Shown here: positions 16,306 through 27,056 of the stretch, piece by piece
Position numbering within the stretch: the first letter of the stretch is position 1
How the letters are laid out: each line of letters starts with the position of its first letter
The notes under the pieces: generated by a model
What the model saw: the letters and a program-made list of their open reading frames with translations, nothing else
Databases searched by the model: none
Told to the model about the DNA's origin: nothing
DNA from: Methylocystis sp.
Lineage (GTDB): Bacteria > Pseudomonadota > Alphaproteobacteria > Rhizobiales > Beijerinckiaceae
Direction: 5' to 3'
NCBI GenBank assembly: GCA_024506175.1
Contig: JAMBEQ010000021.1
Span: 8,538 to 72,537, forward strand
Length of the DNA: 64,000 bases
Translations under genes and position numbers: made by a program

Positions 16306-18141
16306 ATGCGCTTTACCTCGTTTGTCGTATCCTCACCCGCTGACACGGCCGCGGGCTTTTCCGAAACCCTGCCGGAATGGAACCTATCTGACCTTTACGC
16401 GAGTATGGACTCGCCGGAGGTCAAGGCCGATCTTGCGCGCGTCGCCGAAGAGGTGGCCCGCTTCGGGGCGGATTACCGAGGCAAGCTTGCGGAAATCGCC
16501 AAGAGCGCCGGCGCCAGCACGACTCTGGGCGAGGCGGTCGCGCGCTATGAGGCTTTGCAGGATTTGCTCGGGCGTCTCATGTCCTATGCGGGGCTGCTCT
16601 ACAGCGGCGACACGACCGATCCTGCGCGCGCGAAATTCTACGGCGACGTTCAGGAGAAGATCACCAACGCCTCGGCGCAGCTTCTGTTCTTTCAGCTCGA
16701 GCTGAATCGCCTCGACGACGCCGTCCTGATGGCGGCGGCCGACAAGGCGCCGCTCGCGCGCTGGAAGCCCTGGCTCGAAGACATTCGCAAGGAAAAGCCC
16801 TATGAGCTCGACGACAAGCTCGAGGAGCTGTTCCACGAAAAATATATCTCGGGCGCGGCCGCGTGGAATCGTCTCTTCGACGAAACCATCGCGTCATTGC
16901 GCTTCAGAGTCGGCGGCGAGGAGCTGGCCATAGAGCCGGTCCTCAATCTCATGCAGGACCCGAGGGAAGAGAAGCGGCGTGAGGCGGCCGAGGCGATCGG
17001 CGCGACGCTGAAGGCGAATTTGCGCACTTTCTCGATCATCACCAATACACTCGCCAAGGATAAGGAAATCTCCGACCGCTGGCGCGGTTTCCAGGACGTC
17101 GCCGATTCGCGCCATCTCTCCAATCGCGTCGAGCGCGAGGTGGTTGAGGCTTTGGCGAAGGCGGTGACGGACGCGCATCCGCGCCTCTCACATCGCTATT
17201 ACAAGCTCAAGGCAAAATGGTTCGGCAAGGATTCGCTGGATTATTGGGACCGGAGCGCGCCGCTGCCGGCGACGCCGTCCAAGCGCTATTCATGGGAGGA
17301 GGCGCGCGGCGTCGTGCTCGACGCCTATAAGCGCTTCGCGCCGCGCATGGCCGAGATCGCCGGCGATTTCTTCGACAAGCGCTGGATCGATGCGCCAGTG
17401 CGGCCGGGCAAGGCGCCGGGCGCTTTCTCGCATCCCACCGTCCCCTCTGCGCATCCTTACGTTTTGCTCAATTACCAGGGCAAGACGCGCGACGTGATGA
17501 CGCTCGCTCACGAGCTCGGCCACGGCGTGCATCAGGTGCTCGCTGCGCCGCAGGGCGCGCTGATGGCGCCGACGCCGTTGACGCTCGCGGAAACTGCCTC
17601 CGTCTTCGGCGAGATGCTGACCTTCCGCTCGCTCTTGGCGCAGGCCCCCGATACGGCGCAGCGCCGCGCGCTGCTCGCCTCCAAGGTCGAGGATATGCTC
17701 AACACGGTCGTGCGCCAGATGGCTTTTTATGCCTTCGAGCGCAAGGTCCACAGCGAGCGCCGTAACGGCGAGCTCACCGCCGGCCAGATCTGCGACATAT
17801 GGATGAGCGTGCAGGGCGACAGCCTCGGGCCGTCGATCCGGCTGGGGCCCGGCTATGAGACCTTCTGGGCCTATATCCCGCACTTCATCCACTCGCCCTT
17901 CTATGTCTACGCCTATGCCTTCGGCGACTGCCTGGTGAACTCGCTCTATGGCGTTTATCAAAAGGCCCACGAGGGCTTCGTCGAGCGCTATTTCGCCCTG
18001 CTCGAGGCCGGCGGCGCCAAGCCTTACGACGAGCTGCTGAAACCCTTCGGGCTCGACGCGCGCGACCCTGCCTTCTGGAGCATCGGCCTCGAGATGATCG
18101 AGGGGCTGATCGGCGAGCTGGAGGCGATGGAGGAGGCTTAG
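16306..18141 (+). CDS. pepF: Oligoendopeptidase F (M3B)
   Basis: LPEWNLSDLY, GAFSH.TVPS.HPYVLLNY, HELGH zinc motif, PHFIHSPFYVYAYAFG; start uncertain (16228-16306). Confidence 0.95.
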   Translation: MRFTSFVVSSPADTAAGFSETLPEWNLSDLYASMDSPEVKADLARVAEEVARFGADYRGKLAEIAKSAGASTTLGEAVARYEALQDLLGRLMSYAGLLYSGDTTDPARAKFYGDVQEKITNASAQLLFFQLELNRLDDAVLMAAADKAPLARWKPWLEDIRKEKPYELDDKLEELFHEKYISGAAAWNRLFDETIASLRFRVGGEELAIEPVLNLMQDPREEKRREAAEAIGATLKANLRTFSIITNTLAKDKEISDRWRGFQDVADSRHLSNRVEREVVEALAKAVTDAHPRLSHRYYKLKAKWFGKDSLDYWDRSAPLPATPSKRYSWEEARGVVLDAYKRFAPRMAEIAGDFFDKRWIDAPVRPGKAPGAFSHPTVPSAHPYVLLNYQGKTRDVMTLAHELGHGVHQVLAAPQGALMAPTPLTLAETASVFGEMLTFRSLLAQAPDTAQRRALLASKVEDMLNTVVRQMAFYAFERKVHSERRNGELTAGQICDIWMSVQGDSLGPSIRLGPGYETFWAYIPHFIHSPFYVYAYAFGDCLVNSLYGVYQKAHEGFVERYFALLEAGGAKPYDELLKPFGLDARDPAFWSIGLEMIEGLIGELEAMEEA

Positions 18142-18175
18142 GAGCCTTCCTACCTAGGCTGGGCGTGAGCCTAAT

Positions 18176-18224
18176 CTTTCCCGCCTGCGGGGAGGGCGTC
18201 CCGCGTAAGCGGGGTCGGGTGGGG
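18176..18224. repeat. Alphaproteobacterial REP/CIR-like palindromic element
   Basis: CTTTCCCGCCTGCGGGGAGGG...GGGTCGGGTGGGG resembles the CCTCTCCCCGCTTGCGGGGAGAG-type intergenic repeats of Rhizobiales (recalled, not searched). Confidence 0.45.
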
Positions 18225-18276
18225 TAGGTTCACCCGATTGGCCCGGCGCGCGGCGGCGCGCCAGCCTCCAAAATTA

Positions 18277-18301
18277 AAACGCCGGCCAAAGGCCGGCGTT
18301 T
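18277..18301. terminator. Terminator between convergent genes
   Basis: AAACGCCGGCC-aaa-GGCCGGCGTTT. Confidence 0.8.
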
Positions 18302-18320
18302 GGTCACTTTTCCAAACGGC

Positions 18321-18689
18321 TTATTGCACGCCGGCGCGGATCGAGAACTTCTCGCTGCCGCACTGGACCGGGCCCTCGTAGACCTTGCCAGTCTGATTCG
18401 GCTTGCCGGTCCAGACGCAATCCTTCTTGCCGTCGCTGCGCTCGTTGAGGTTCACCGTATAGACGCCGCCCTCGACCTTGCCGTCGATCTTGTAGGTGAC
18501 GACAGTGCCGTTATCGAGCTGCAGGTCGGCGTTGCCGGAAACCTTGTCGCCCTCGGTGGTCAGCTTCCAGGTGCCATTGGCGCGCTTGATGCCCGAAGTG
18601 GAGATCTCCGTGACGCTGTAGCTGGCGGCGAAGGCGGAGGCCGTGAGGGCCACGACGGCGACGGCCGTGGTCAAAGCAAGCTTGATCAT
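18321..18689 (-). CDS. Secreted beta-rich hypothetical protein
   Basis: RBS GGAG, signal peptide MIKLALTTAVAVVALTASAFA, strong codon bias, two Cys, terminator downstream. Confidence 0.85.
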   Translation of the reverse strand: MIKLALTTAVAVVALTASAFAASYSVTEISTSGIKRANGTWKLTTEGDKVSGNADLQLDNGTVVTYKIDGKVEGGVYTVNLNERSDGKKDCVWTGKPNQTGKVYEGPVQCGSEKFSIRAGVQ

Positions 18690-18876
18690 CTGTTTCGCTC
18701 CCATAGATTTGGGCTTGGCGCGCCAGCTCGGCCACAGGGAGACCGAGGCGCGAGACATGGCCATCAAGCCTTCCCTGTTCCGCCGCATCATGCGAGCGAG
18801 AACAGCGGCACTTCGCATGAAGCCTTGGTCGAGGTCAAATGGTTTCGAGAGCTCGGTTTGGGAGAAAGGTACGGAA

Positions 18877-19542
18877 ATGATCGAACAGTGGCGCGCGGTA
18901 GACGACTATATGTCGGATCGCCTGATCATTCCCAGCGAGCGGCAGGGCGCAACGCTGGCGGCGAACCGGGCCTCCGGCCTGCCCGCCATCGACGTGTCGC
19001 CGCCTCAGGGCAAATTGCTCCATCTGCTCGGGCTCGCGATTGGCGCGCGTCGCGTTCTCGAGATCGGAACGCTCGGCGGCTATTCGACCATATGGCTGGC
19101 CCGTTCGATTGCTGAGGGCGGGCAGGTGGTCACCATCGAATTCGATCCCCGCCACGCTGAAGTCGCCCGTCAGAATATCGCGCGCGAGGGCGTGTCGGCG
19201 AAGGTCGATCTGCGCGTCGGCGCGGCGCTCGATATTCTCCCAAAGATCGAAGCCGAAGGCGGCGCGCCTTTCGATCTCTCCTTCATCGACGCCGATAAGG
19301 CCAACAACGCCGCCTATTTCGGCTGGGCGCTAGACCTGTCCCGGCCGGGGTCGCTCATCATCGTTGATAACGTCGTGCGTGAAGGCGCGGTCGCTAATCC
19401 CAACACCACGGACGACGGCGGGCTGGGCGCGCGTCGACTCTTCGACGCCGTCGCCGCGGAGCCTCGGGTGACCGCCACCGCCATTCAAACGGTCGGCTCA
19501 AAGGGCTGGGATGGGTTCCTGGTCGCCCTGGTTAAAGGCTAG
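18877..19542 (+). CDS. O-methyltransferase (caffeoyl-CoA OMT / YrrM-like)
   Basis: IDVSPPQGKLL, VLEIGTLGGYSTIW, FIDADK, IIVDNVVREG. Confidence 0.93.
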   Translation: MIEQWRAVDDYMSDRLIIPSERQGATLAANRASGLPAIDVSPPQGKLLHLLGLAIGARRVLEIGTLGGYSTIWLARSIAEGGQVVTIEFDPRHAEVARQNIAREGVSAKVDLRVGAALDILPKIEAEGGAPFDLSFIDADKANNAAYFGWALDLSRPGSLIIVDNVVREGAVANPNTTDDGGLGARRLFDAVAAEPRVTATAIQTVGSKGWDGFLVALVKG

Positions 19543-19617
19543 CCGCGCGGGGGCTCCGGGGAGGCGAGCCGGGCGATGGTCGCCCGGCCGGCGCGATGAT
19601 AGGCAGAGAGGGGCGTC

Positions 19618-20058
19618 TCAGGCGTCTTCGAGCGCGCGTTTGCCTATGCTTCCAGGGCGTCGGATCGGCGCGCCATCGACGCCGAAAAAAGCGGCCTCGA
19701 TCTGTCTGCCTTCTTCGTCATAGCGCCAGGCGATGCGCGCGGCCCCGACATCCTTTGGCGCCGTCGGCTTGCCTTCCGCGTTGAAATAGGCCTCCTCGAC
19801 CTGATTGCCCTGGGCGTCATAGGCGCGGGCGACGCGTGCGGCGCCGATGTCCTTGCGCTTGATCGGGCGCCCCGCCGCGTCGAAATACATTTCCATTACC
19901 TCGACCCGACCTTTTTCGGGCGCTTGGGCCGGCTCGGGAGCGATGCGTATGGAGCCGTCGACGACGGCGGTCAGCTTGCCATTGTGCGAGCAGCGGTGCT
20001 CGCGGGCGGATACGCGGGGCTTGGCGGCCTTACGCGCGGTTCGAGGTTTCTGTTCCAT
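19618..20058 (-). CDS. Small protein with YD/RHS-like repeats
   Basis: 33-aa repeats YFDAAGRP..KDIGAARV..AYDAQGNQVEE / YFNAEGKP..KDVGAARI..RYDEEGRQIEA. Confidence 0.7.
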   Translation of the reverse strand: MEQKPRTARKAAKPRVSAREHRCSHNGKLTAVVDGSIRIAPEPAQAPEKGRVEVMEMYFDAAGRPIKRKDIGAARVARAYDAQGNQVEEAYFNAEGKPTAPKDVGAARIAWRYDEEGRQIEAAFFGVDGAPIRRPGSIGKRALEDA

Positions 20059-20225
20059 TGATCCGAATTCACCAAAGGCGCTCCACGGCCAACCTCGCAA
20101 CAGGTCGTTTCGACCTGCGATGGGCTTGTTGAGGAAGGTTCAACTTCCGATGGAGTCGCTGCCCGTGCAAATCCGCGCCCGCAAAAGCGGGGCGGAGCGT
20201 CCGACGCCGCTGGCCGCGGCTGGCT

Positions 20226-20618
20226 TCAGATCAGGGCAGGGGGTGCGCGCGAGCCGAGGGGCGGGGTCGCGGCCTCGGCGTTGGGGAGCGCGCGCTCGAA
20301 GGCGAGCCGCGCTTCGATGTAGGAGAGCGCCGGCGGGGTTTCGCCCACAAAGGGCGAAGGGGCCGCCGCGCCGCCAAAGGATGCCATATGGACGACGCAA
20401 CATGCGTCGCCATGTCGGCTGGTCCTGATCGGCGCGCCGGGCGCGCCGTCGGGCGCGCCGGAGGCCTTGCTCTGGCAGATGGCGTCGGCGAAAAGCGCCG
20501 CGCCGCGCGCGCTGGTGACAGCCCCGGCCGCGACGGCCTGCAGGACAAGCAGATAGGCGACGAGCAGCGTGGCCGCCGTCGAACCGAAATGCCTGTTTTT
20601 GTCGCTGCGTGGGCTCAT
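20226..20618 (-). CDS. DUF2946-like small Cys/His protein
   Basis: LLVAYLLVLQA N-terminus, ICQ, HGDACCVVH, C-terminal SRAPP. Confidence 0.75.
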   Translation of the reverse strand: MSPRSDKNRHFGSTAATLLVAYLLVLQAVAAGAVTSARGAALFADAICQSKASGAPDGAPGAPIRTSRHGDACCVVHMASFGGAAAPSPFVGETPPALSYIEARLAFERALPNAEAATPPLGSRAPPALI

Positions 20619-20683
20619 AACTTCAAAAAGCTAGTGGCTGGCTTTGTTATGGTCAATGCTCGAAAGCTCTGTGGACCTGCGGC

Positions 20684-22358
<1,675 letters not shown>

Positions 22359-22390
22359 AAAGCTCCAAGCGAAAGACCGAATGCGGCCCC

Positions 22391-22427
22391 GGAAGAGAGA
22401 AGGGGAAAGCGTCGGCCGCTTTCCCCT
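22391..22427 (-). terminator. Terminator after rplU-rpmA
   Basis: AGGGGAAAGCG/CGCTTTCCCCT 11-bp stem followed by pyrimidine run on the minus strand. Confidence 0.7.
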
Positions 22428-22547
22428 AAAGGCCCTTTGAGCCTTTTTCCGGACATTTCGCTCTGGAGCTTTTGCTCCTTGCGCGGATCGAGACGACCTG
22501 TCCGCCGGGGAACGACCGGCGGGCGGGTCATTGACGATCCGTCCGCC

Positions 22548-22814
22548 TTACTCTGCGGCCTCTACGGCCGGAATGACCGATACGCTGGCGCGGTTACGGC
22601 CGGATTTGAATTCCACTACGCCGTCGACGAGGGCGAAGAGCGTGTGGTCCTTGCCCATGCCGATGTTGCGGCCGGGATGCCATTTGGTGCCGCGCTGACG
22701 CACGACGATATTGCCCGCGACGACGGATTCGCCGCCGAATTTCTTGACGCCGAGGCGCCGGCCGTCCGAGTCGCGGCCGTTGCGCGACGAGCCGCCCGCT
22801 TTCTTGTGAGCCAT
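22548..22814 (-). CDS. rpmA: 50S ribosomal protein L27
   Basis: [27 protein letters not shown]. Confidence 0.99.
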   Translation of the reverse strand: MAHKKAGGSSRNGRDSDGRRLGVKKFGGESVVAGNIVVRQRGTKWHPGRNIGMGKDHTLFALVDGVVEFKSGRNRASVSVIPAVEAAE

Positions 22815-22873
22815 TGTCCTGCTCCGACTTGTTCCTTACGCGCGGCTCTGGGGCCGCCTGTGAATTCCGTTGT

Positions 22874-23176
22874 TTAGATCGAAAGGATCTTAACGAGCGT
22901 CAAGTCCTGGCGATGCCCGCGCTTGCGCTTGGAGTTCTGCCGCCGGCGCTTCTTGAAGGCGATCGACTTGGGGCTGCGGGCCTGCTGGACGATCTCGCCG
23001 GAAACCGACGCGCCCTCGACCGTGGGGGCGCCGACCTTGGGGGAATCGCCCCCGATCATTAGCACCTCGTCGAAGGTGATCTTGTCGCCCGGCGCGCCAT
23101 CGAGCGCCATGACCGTGATAATATCGCCAGCGGACACGCTATATTGCTTGCCGCCGGTTCTGATGACTGCGAACAT
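22874..23176 (-). CDS. rplU: 50S ribosomal protein L21
   Basis: MFAVIRTGGKQY...KRRRQNSKRKRGHRQ; RBS AGGA before ATG 23176. Confidence 0.98.
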   Translation of the reverse strand: MFAVIRTGGKQYSVSAGDIITVMALDGAPGDKITFDEVLMIGGDSPKVGAPTVEGASVSGEIVQQARSPKSIAFKKRRRQNSKRKRGHRQDLTLVKILSI

Positions 23177-23351
23177 CGTTTTTTCCTGTGTTCGAGTCCG
23201 GCTCTCGCGTTGTTGGGCGAAACGTGAATCCGAAAAGTCTGCAACTTTTTGGCGTCGCGCCTGCGGGCCGGCTTTTTGGCAGTAGGACCGGTTGTGCTTC
23301 GCTTTTCCAAAAAGAAAAACGCGGCGAGACCGCCGCGACGAAGCATTGGAT

Positions 23352-23380
23352 TGCCTAACCTGCCGGGGGGCTCGTGTCAA
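23352..23380 (-). promoter_or_regulatory. Sigma70 promoter of rplU-rpmA
   Basis: TTGACA-N17-TAGGCA. Confidence 0.6.
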
Positions 23381-23427
23381 GGCGAGGCGGCGACCGGGAG
23401 GCGCTTTCGCGTTTAAGTCCCATCGGC

Positions 23428-23545
23428 GCGGCTTCTCTCCGGGAGAGGGAGCTAGGCTGTCACTGCTGGGATCCAGCTCTCTTTCACGCTGGTCCTGAGT
23501 GCGATTTGCTACCGTCAACATAGCAGGAATCGGTGGGGGATTTTG
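23428..23545. ncRNA. Candidate structured non-coding RNA (three adjacent hairpins)
   Basis: Stems CTCTC/GAGAG (23435-23447), GGA-CCAGC/GCTGG-TCC (23469-23495), CGATTT-GCTA/TAGC-GAATCG (23502-23532); no family recognised. Confidence 0.3.
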
Positions 23546-23698
23546 ATCGCCTTTTGACGGGCGGCGCGGCTGGGGAGACGCGTCTTCCCACAGAAACCGC
23601 AAAGGAAGCTAGGGGCGAGTTGAAAGGAGCCGCGCGGCGGCGCTTCCCCCCCCCGCGCAGGCCTTCGTTACTCACTCTAAGCGCTAGGCGGTTTTGCC

Positions 23699-23950
23699 TC
23701 AGTAGACGATGCCCTGCCGCAGCGAGTTGGTGATATCGGAAATGTTGAGTTGGTTCGAGGTTTGCCTGTTCGGCGTCGAGGCGATGCCGACGGCCGTGGC
23801 CGTGGCTCGCCCCTGTAGCTTTGGATGGCGACCACCGGCGAACGGCGGCGGGAGTTCGGCGCTGCGGTTTTTTCCGGGACGAGAGATCATGCCGAGCGTA
23901 AGGCACCTTCTTATTGACGCCAGCGCGGCCGCTTCCCATCTCCGGGCCAT
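23699..23950 (-). pseudogene. Degenerate or N-terminally replaced paralog of the 1033-1371 secreted protein
   Basis: Last 35 aa align without gaps to the 1033-1371 C-terminus (16 identities by hand count); no signal peptide in frame; possible start ATG 23950 with GAGGA RBS. Confidence 0.65.
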
Positions 23951-23974
23951 GCTTCCTCGCGCCCAGGCGGCCTC

Positions 23975-24391
23975 ATGCACAATCTGACCTTGCGACCGGC
24001 GCTTCTGGCCTTGCTGCTTGCCCCGCTCGCCGCGCATGCGGAGGAGCCCCCCTCGATCATCGCGCCGGAAGGCGACCGCTTCACGCTTCAGCAGACCGAA
24101 GGCGGCTTTCTGCGCATGAACAAGGACACGGGCGCCGTCTCCTATTGCTCGGTGAAGGACGGGGTTTCCGTCTGCCGGCTCGCCGCCGACGAGCGCGCCG
24201 GGTTCGAAGCGGAGATCGAGCGGCTACGCGCGGAGAATTCGCGCCTCAAGGCCGCGAGCGCCTCCCCGCCGAAATCCGCCACGGTCCCCAACGAAGAAGA
24301 GTTCGAGAGGGCGCTCTCCTTTACCGAGCGGTTCCTGCGACGCATAATGCGTCTGTTCAAGGAGGAAGCCCCATCGGGAGGCGCTCTGTGA
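23975..24391 (+). CDS. Secreted/periplasmic coiled-coil hypothetical protein
   Basis: Signal peptide ending AHA; GFLRMNKDTGAVSYC; ERAGFEAEIERL coiled coil. Confidence 0.8.
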   Translation: MHNLTLRPALLALLLAPLAAHAEEPPSIIAPEGDRFTLQQTEGGFLRMNKDTGAVSYCSVKDGVSVCRLAADERAGFEAEIERLRAENSRLKAASASPPKSATVPNEEEFERALSFTERFLRRIMRLFKEEAPSGGAL

Positions 24392-24569
24392 GCGCATTTC
24401 GCAAAAGTTGACAGACTTTGCGATGAGCATGAGTGGCGCGCCGATGAACGACCAGGGCCCTTTCTCCAACTGGCCATATCTCGACAAGCCGGAAAAGGCG
24501 CGCTCCGAGCGCTCCTATTTGATTCTCCCCGGCGCCGCCAAAACCGAAAACACAACGGAACCCTTGCCC

Positions 24570-24851
24570 ATGGCGTCGAATAACGCGCTCGAGAATTTCC
24601 TGGGCGGCTCGCCCATAACTGTCGCCGTGCGGCTTTTCTTCATCTCGCTCGTCGTGGGCGCGCTGCTGATGTGGCTGGAGCTGCGGCCGATCGACATTTT
24701 CCACGGCGTGCAGGCCTTTTTCAACCGCATCTATGCGCTGGGCTTCGGCGCGGTGCGGGAGCTCATCAGCTATGTGCTGGCTGGCGCCGTGTTCGTGGTG
24801 CCGGCGTGGATCGCGTTGCGGCTCTTCAATATGGGGGGCGGGCGGCGTTGA
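24570..24851 (+). CDS. DUF6460-like membrane protein
   Basis: FLGGSP..V.VRL...SLVVG, GA..VVP.W; start could be upstream (24408). Confidence 0.8.
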   Translation: MASNNALENFLGGSPITVAVRLFFISLVVGALLMWLELRPIDIFHGVQAFFNRIYALGFGAVRELISYVLAGAVFVVPAWIALRLFNMGGGRR

Positions 24852-24857
24852 CGAGCG

Positions 24858-25751
24858 TCAGCGCCCGCGCCTGATCGACGAGGTCAGATCCTCCTCGTCC
24901 GCCATCGGATCATCCCGGCGCGGCGGTAGAGGCGTCTCGGGAACGTTGACCGGGCCAAGGCTGTCTGCGCCCTCGAAAGCCGCCGCGGGCGGCCGGCCGG
25001 TCGTGTCATTATCCGTCTCCTCGCCCAGAACCGGCCGCGCATTCTGCATGGCCACGAGCGGGGATTGGTCGGGCGGCGGCGTCTCCTGCGGCTCGGGCTT
25101 GCAGATCGTGCGGCCCGAGCGCCCATGCTGCGCCAGATCGACGTGAATGTGGTCGTAGTGGAAGGCGTTCGATCCCGGCGACAGCACGGTCGAGAAATGC
25201 CCACAGGAGCCGCGATGCACGTCCATCAGAAAGGCGCGCGCCTGCTCGTCGCCGCGCCACCAGTCGCGCAGAAGCGTGATCTGGCGCCCGTCCTCCAGCA
25301 CGAAGCCGCCGACGTCCAGCGCATTGCCGAAGGAATGTTCGGAGAGTTGCGCGCCGCGCTGATTGTTCATGCCACGGCAGGCGTAGGAACCCATGGAGTC
25401 GATGCGCACGACGCGCCGGCCGAAACGCGCCTGCGCCGCCGGCTGCACCGTGTCGGCGACCCAGGACTCGAGCTCCGCGACCATCGGGCAATCGAGCGTC
25501 GCCGTCGAGTTGAAGGAGACCGATCCGCCCTGTAGCGCGGTCACCTTGAAGGGCTTGGTGAGCCCGCAAATGCCGGGGCCCTCGAGTTCATTGGCGAGCG
25601 CGATCCATTCGGAGGGCTGGACCCGCCGCTGCGCGATGCAGGCGTTCTCGGCCTGCGTGCGCCAAGCCGGCCGCTGCGGCCTGAAGGGCGCCGAGCACCC
25701 AGCGAGCGTCGCGGCGAGCGTCAGAAGGAGGAGTATCGCGCGGCGGATCAT
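24858..25751 (-). CDS. Extensin-like family lipoprotein
   Basis: Lipobox LAGC; GSYACR, SEHSFGNALDVGGF, FSTVLSPG.NAFHYDHIHVDL. Confidence 0.9.
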   Translation of the reverse strand: MIRRAILLLLTLAATLAGCSAPFRPQRPAWRTQAENACIAQRRVQPSEWIALANELEGPGICGLTKPFKVTALQGGSVSFNSTATLDCPMVAELESWVADTVQPAAQARFGRRVVRIDSMGSYACRGMNNQRGAQLSEHSFGNALDVGGFVLEDGRQITLLRDWWRGDEQARAFLMDVHRGSCGHFSTVLSPGSNAFHYDHIHVDLAQHGRSGRTICKPEPQETPPPDQSPLVAMQNARPVLGEETDNDTTGRPPAAAFEGADSLGPVNVPETPLPPRRDDPMADEEDLTSSIRRGR

Positions 25752-25885
25752 GCCGCGAAGCGTTACCCACGCTCCGTTAACCGGGCGTCGAAAAGTTTAG
25801 TTAACGGAGTAATATTCCAGGCGTGTTGCGAGGCTGCCCCAAAAGGCCGCGGCCGGCGCTATAGCCGGCCGCGGTTTGGGCGCGC

Positions 25886-26344
25886 CTATTGGCCCTTGCG
25901 GGCGCGCATGAAGCTTTCGAACTCCTCGCGGTCGCGGGCGCGCCGCAGCTCGGCGATATGCTGGGCGAATTCGCGTTCGGCCTCGGCGACCTTGCGGCGC
26001 TCTTCCTCCAGCCGGGCCAGCTCGCCCTCCCGCCATTCGTCGAAAGCGACATTGCCGGTCGAGCGCATGAAGGACGGGCCCGTCCAGCCGCGCGAAGCCT
26101 CCTTCGAGACATCGCCGAAGGCGCTGCGCATCTTGGCGCCTTGCTCGGCGGCGAAGGAGAAGAGATCGCCCTCATGGCCGAAGCTCCTGCCCATGAGCTT
26201 CAGCAGCAAGAGGGCGAGGCCGATCGGCCAGAAGATGAAGAAGCCGATAACGACGGCCGCGACTTCGAACGGCCTCCAATGCGCGCATCCTCCCTGACGC
26301 CCCCAAGGAGAGGAGTACACTCGGGAATTACGGTCGCAGCTCAT
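25886..26344 (-). CDS. DUF2852 domain protein
   Basis: V.GF.IFWPIGLALL, STGN.AFDEWRE.EL.RLEEE, RRARDREEF..FM. Confidence 0.9.
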   Translation of the reverse strand: MSCDRNSRVYSSPWGRQGGCAHWRPFEVAAVVIGFFIFWPIGLALLLLKLMGRSFGHEGDLFSFAAEQGAKMRSAFGDVSKEASRGWTGPSFMRSTGNVAFDEWREGELARLEEERRKVAEAEREFAQHIAELRRARDREEFESFMRARKGQ

Positions 26345-26385
26345 GTTGGGCTCCAGTTTGTGCTCGGCTCCGGTCTCCCCTCGCC

Positions 26386-26412
26386 GATGTGAATGTTATA
26401 GACATTAACATC
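26386..26412. promoter_or_regulatory. Palindromic operator upstream of the DUF2852 gene
   Basis: GATGTGAATGT-tatag-ACATTAACATC (10/11 symmetric). Confidence 0.6.
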
Positions 26413-26487
26413 TGGTTTCGCAAGGAAAGGGAGCCTGGGTGGCCGTTTCGACCGCCCCGCTGGATATCGGAGCCTTGGGGCGGGCTT

Positions 26488-26931
26488 TCAAGCCGCGTCG
26501 GGCTCGCAGCTCAGAATCCAGGTCTGTCCGCAAAAAGCGACATAGATCCGCTCCTGTCCGAGCGCTTGCCCCAACTCGATCGCCAGTTCGTTGAGCATGG
26601 CCTCGATCTCTTCGTCGGGCAGCTCACCGAGGTAGGCGTGCACGGCTTCACCGGTGAAAATCGCGACCGGCTCACGATCCGAACCGACGGTTCCGTCGCC
26701 TTTGGGCCAGGCGTAGGTGACCTCCGCTCGGGCGAACATGCCAGAGAGCGCGGGTTTCCCCGCCTCGACCCGGCGGCGCATCCATCCCCGCGCGGTGCGC
26801 ACGGCTTCAGAGACGTCATACACGCGGCCGTCGGAATCCCAGCCTTCCCGCAGGCCCACGGTGATGCGGAAATCCCGCCGAGGCCCAAGCGAGCCGGAGA
26901 CAATGCGGTAAGAGCGATTGGGTTCGGTCAT
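26488..26931 (-). CDS. Hypothetical protein
   Basis: 147-aa ORF with typical codon bias, globular alpha/beta pattern; family not recognised. Confidence 0.75.
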   Translation of the reverse strand: MTEPNRSYRIVSGSLGPRRDFRITVGLREGWDSDGRVYDVSEAVRTARGWMRRRVEAGKPALSGMFARAEVTYAWPKGDGTVGSDREPVAIFTGEAVHAYLGELPDEEIEAMLNELAIELGQALGQERIYVAFCGQTWILSCEPDAA

Positions 26932-27056
26932 TGGGAGAAATTACGGCGCGCGACGCGCGAGGGAAAATAGTTATTCCGAAAACTGGACCGGCCGGGCTCG
27001 CCAAACTAGAGCGCATTCTTGTCGCAGAAGTCCTGTCAACTCTCGCGGAATGCGCT

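Noticed and set aside
23441-23545. Degenerate tRNA-Ser next to rplU (begins GGAGAGG)
   Set aside because: No D-loop, T-loop (GTTCRA) or CCA; kept only as a generic structured-RNA candidate
22874-23602. 242-aa N-terminally extended L21
   Set aside because: The canonical MFAVI start with RBS at 23176 and a promoter at 23352-23380 lie inside the extension
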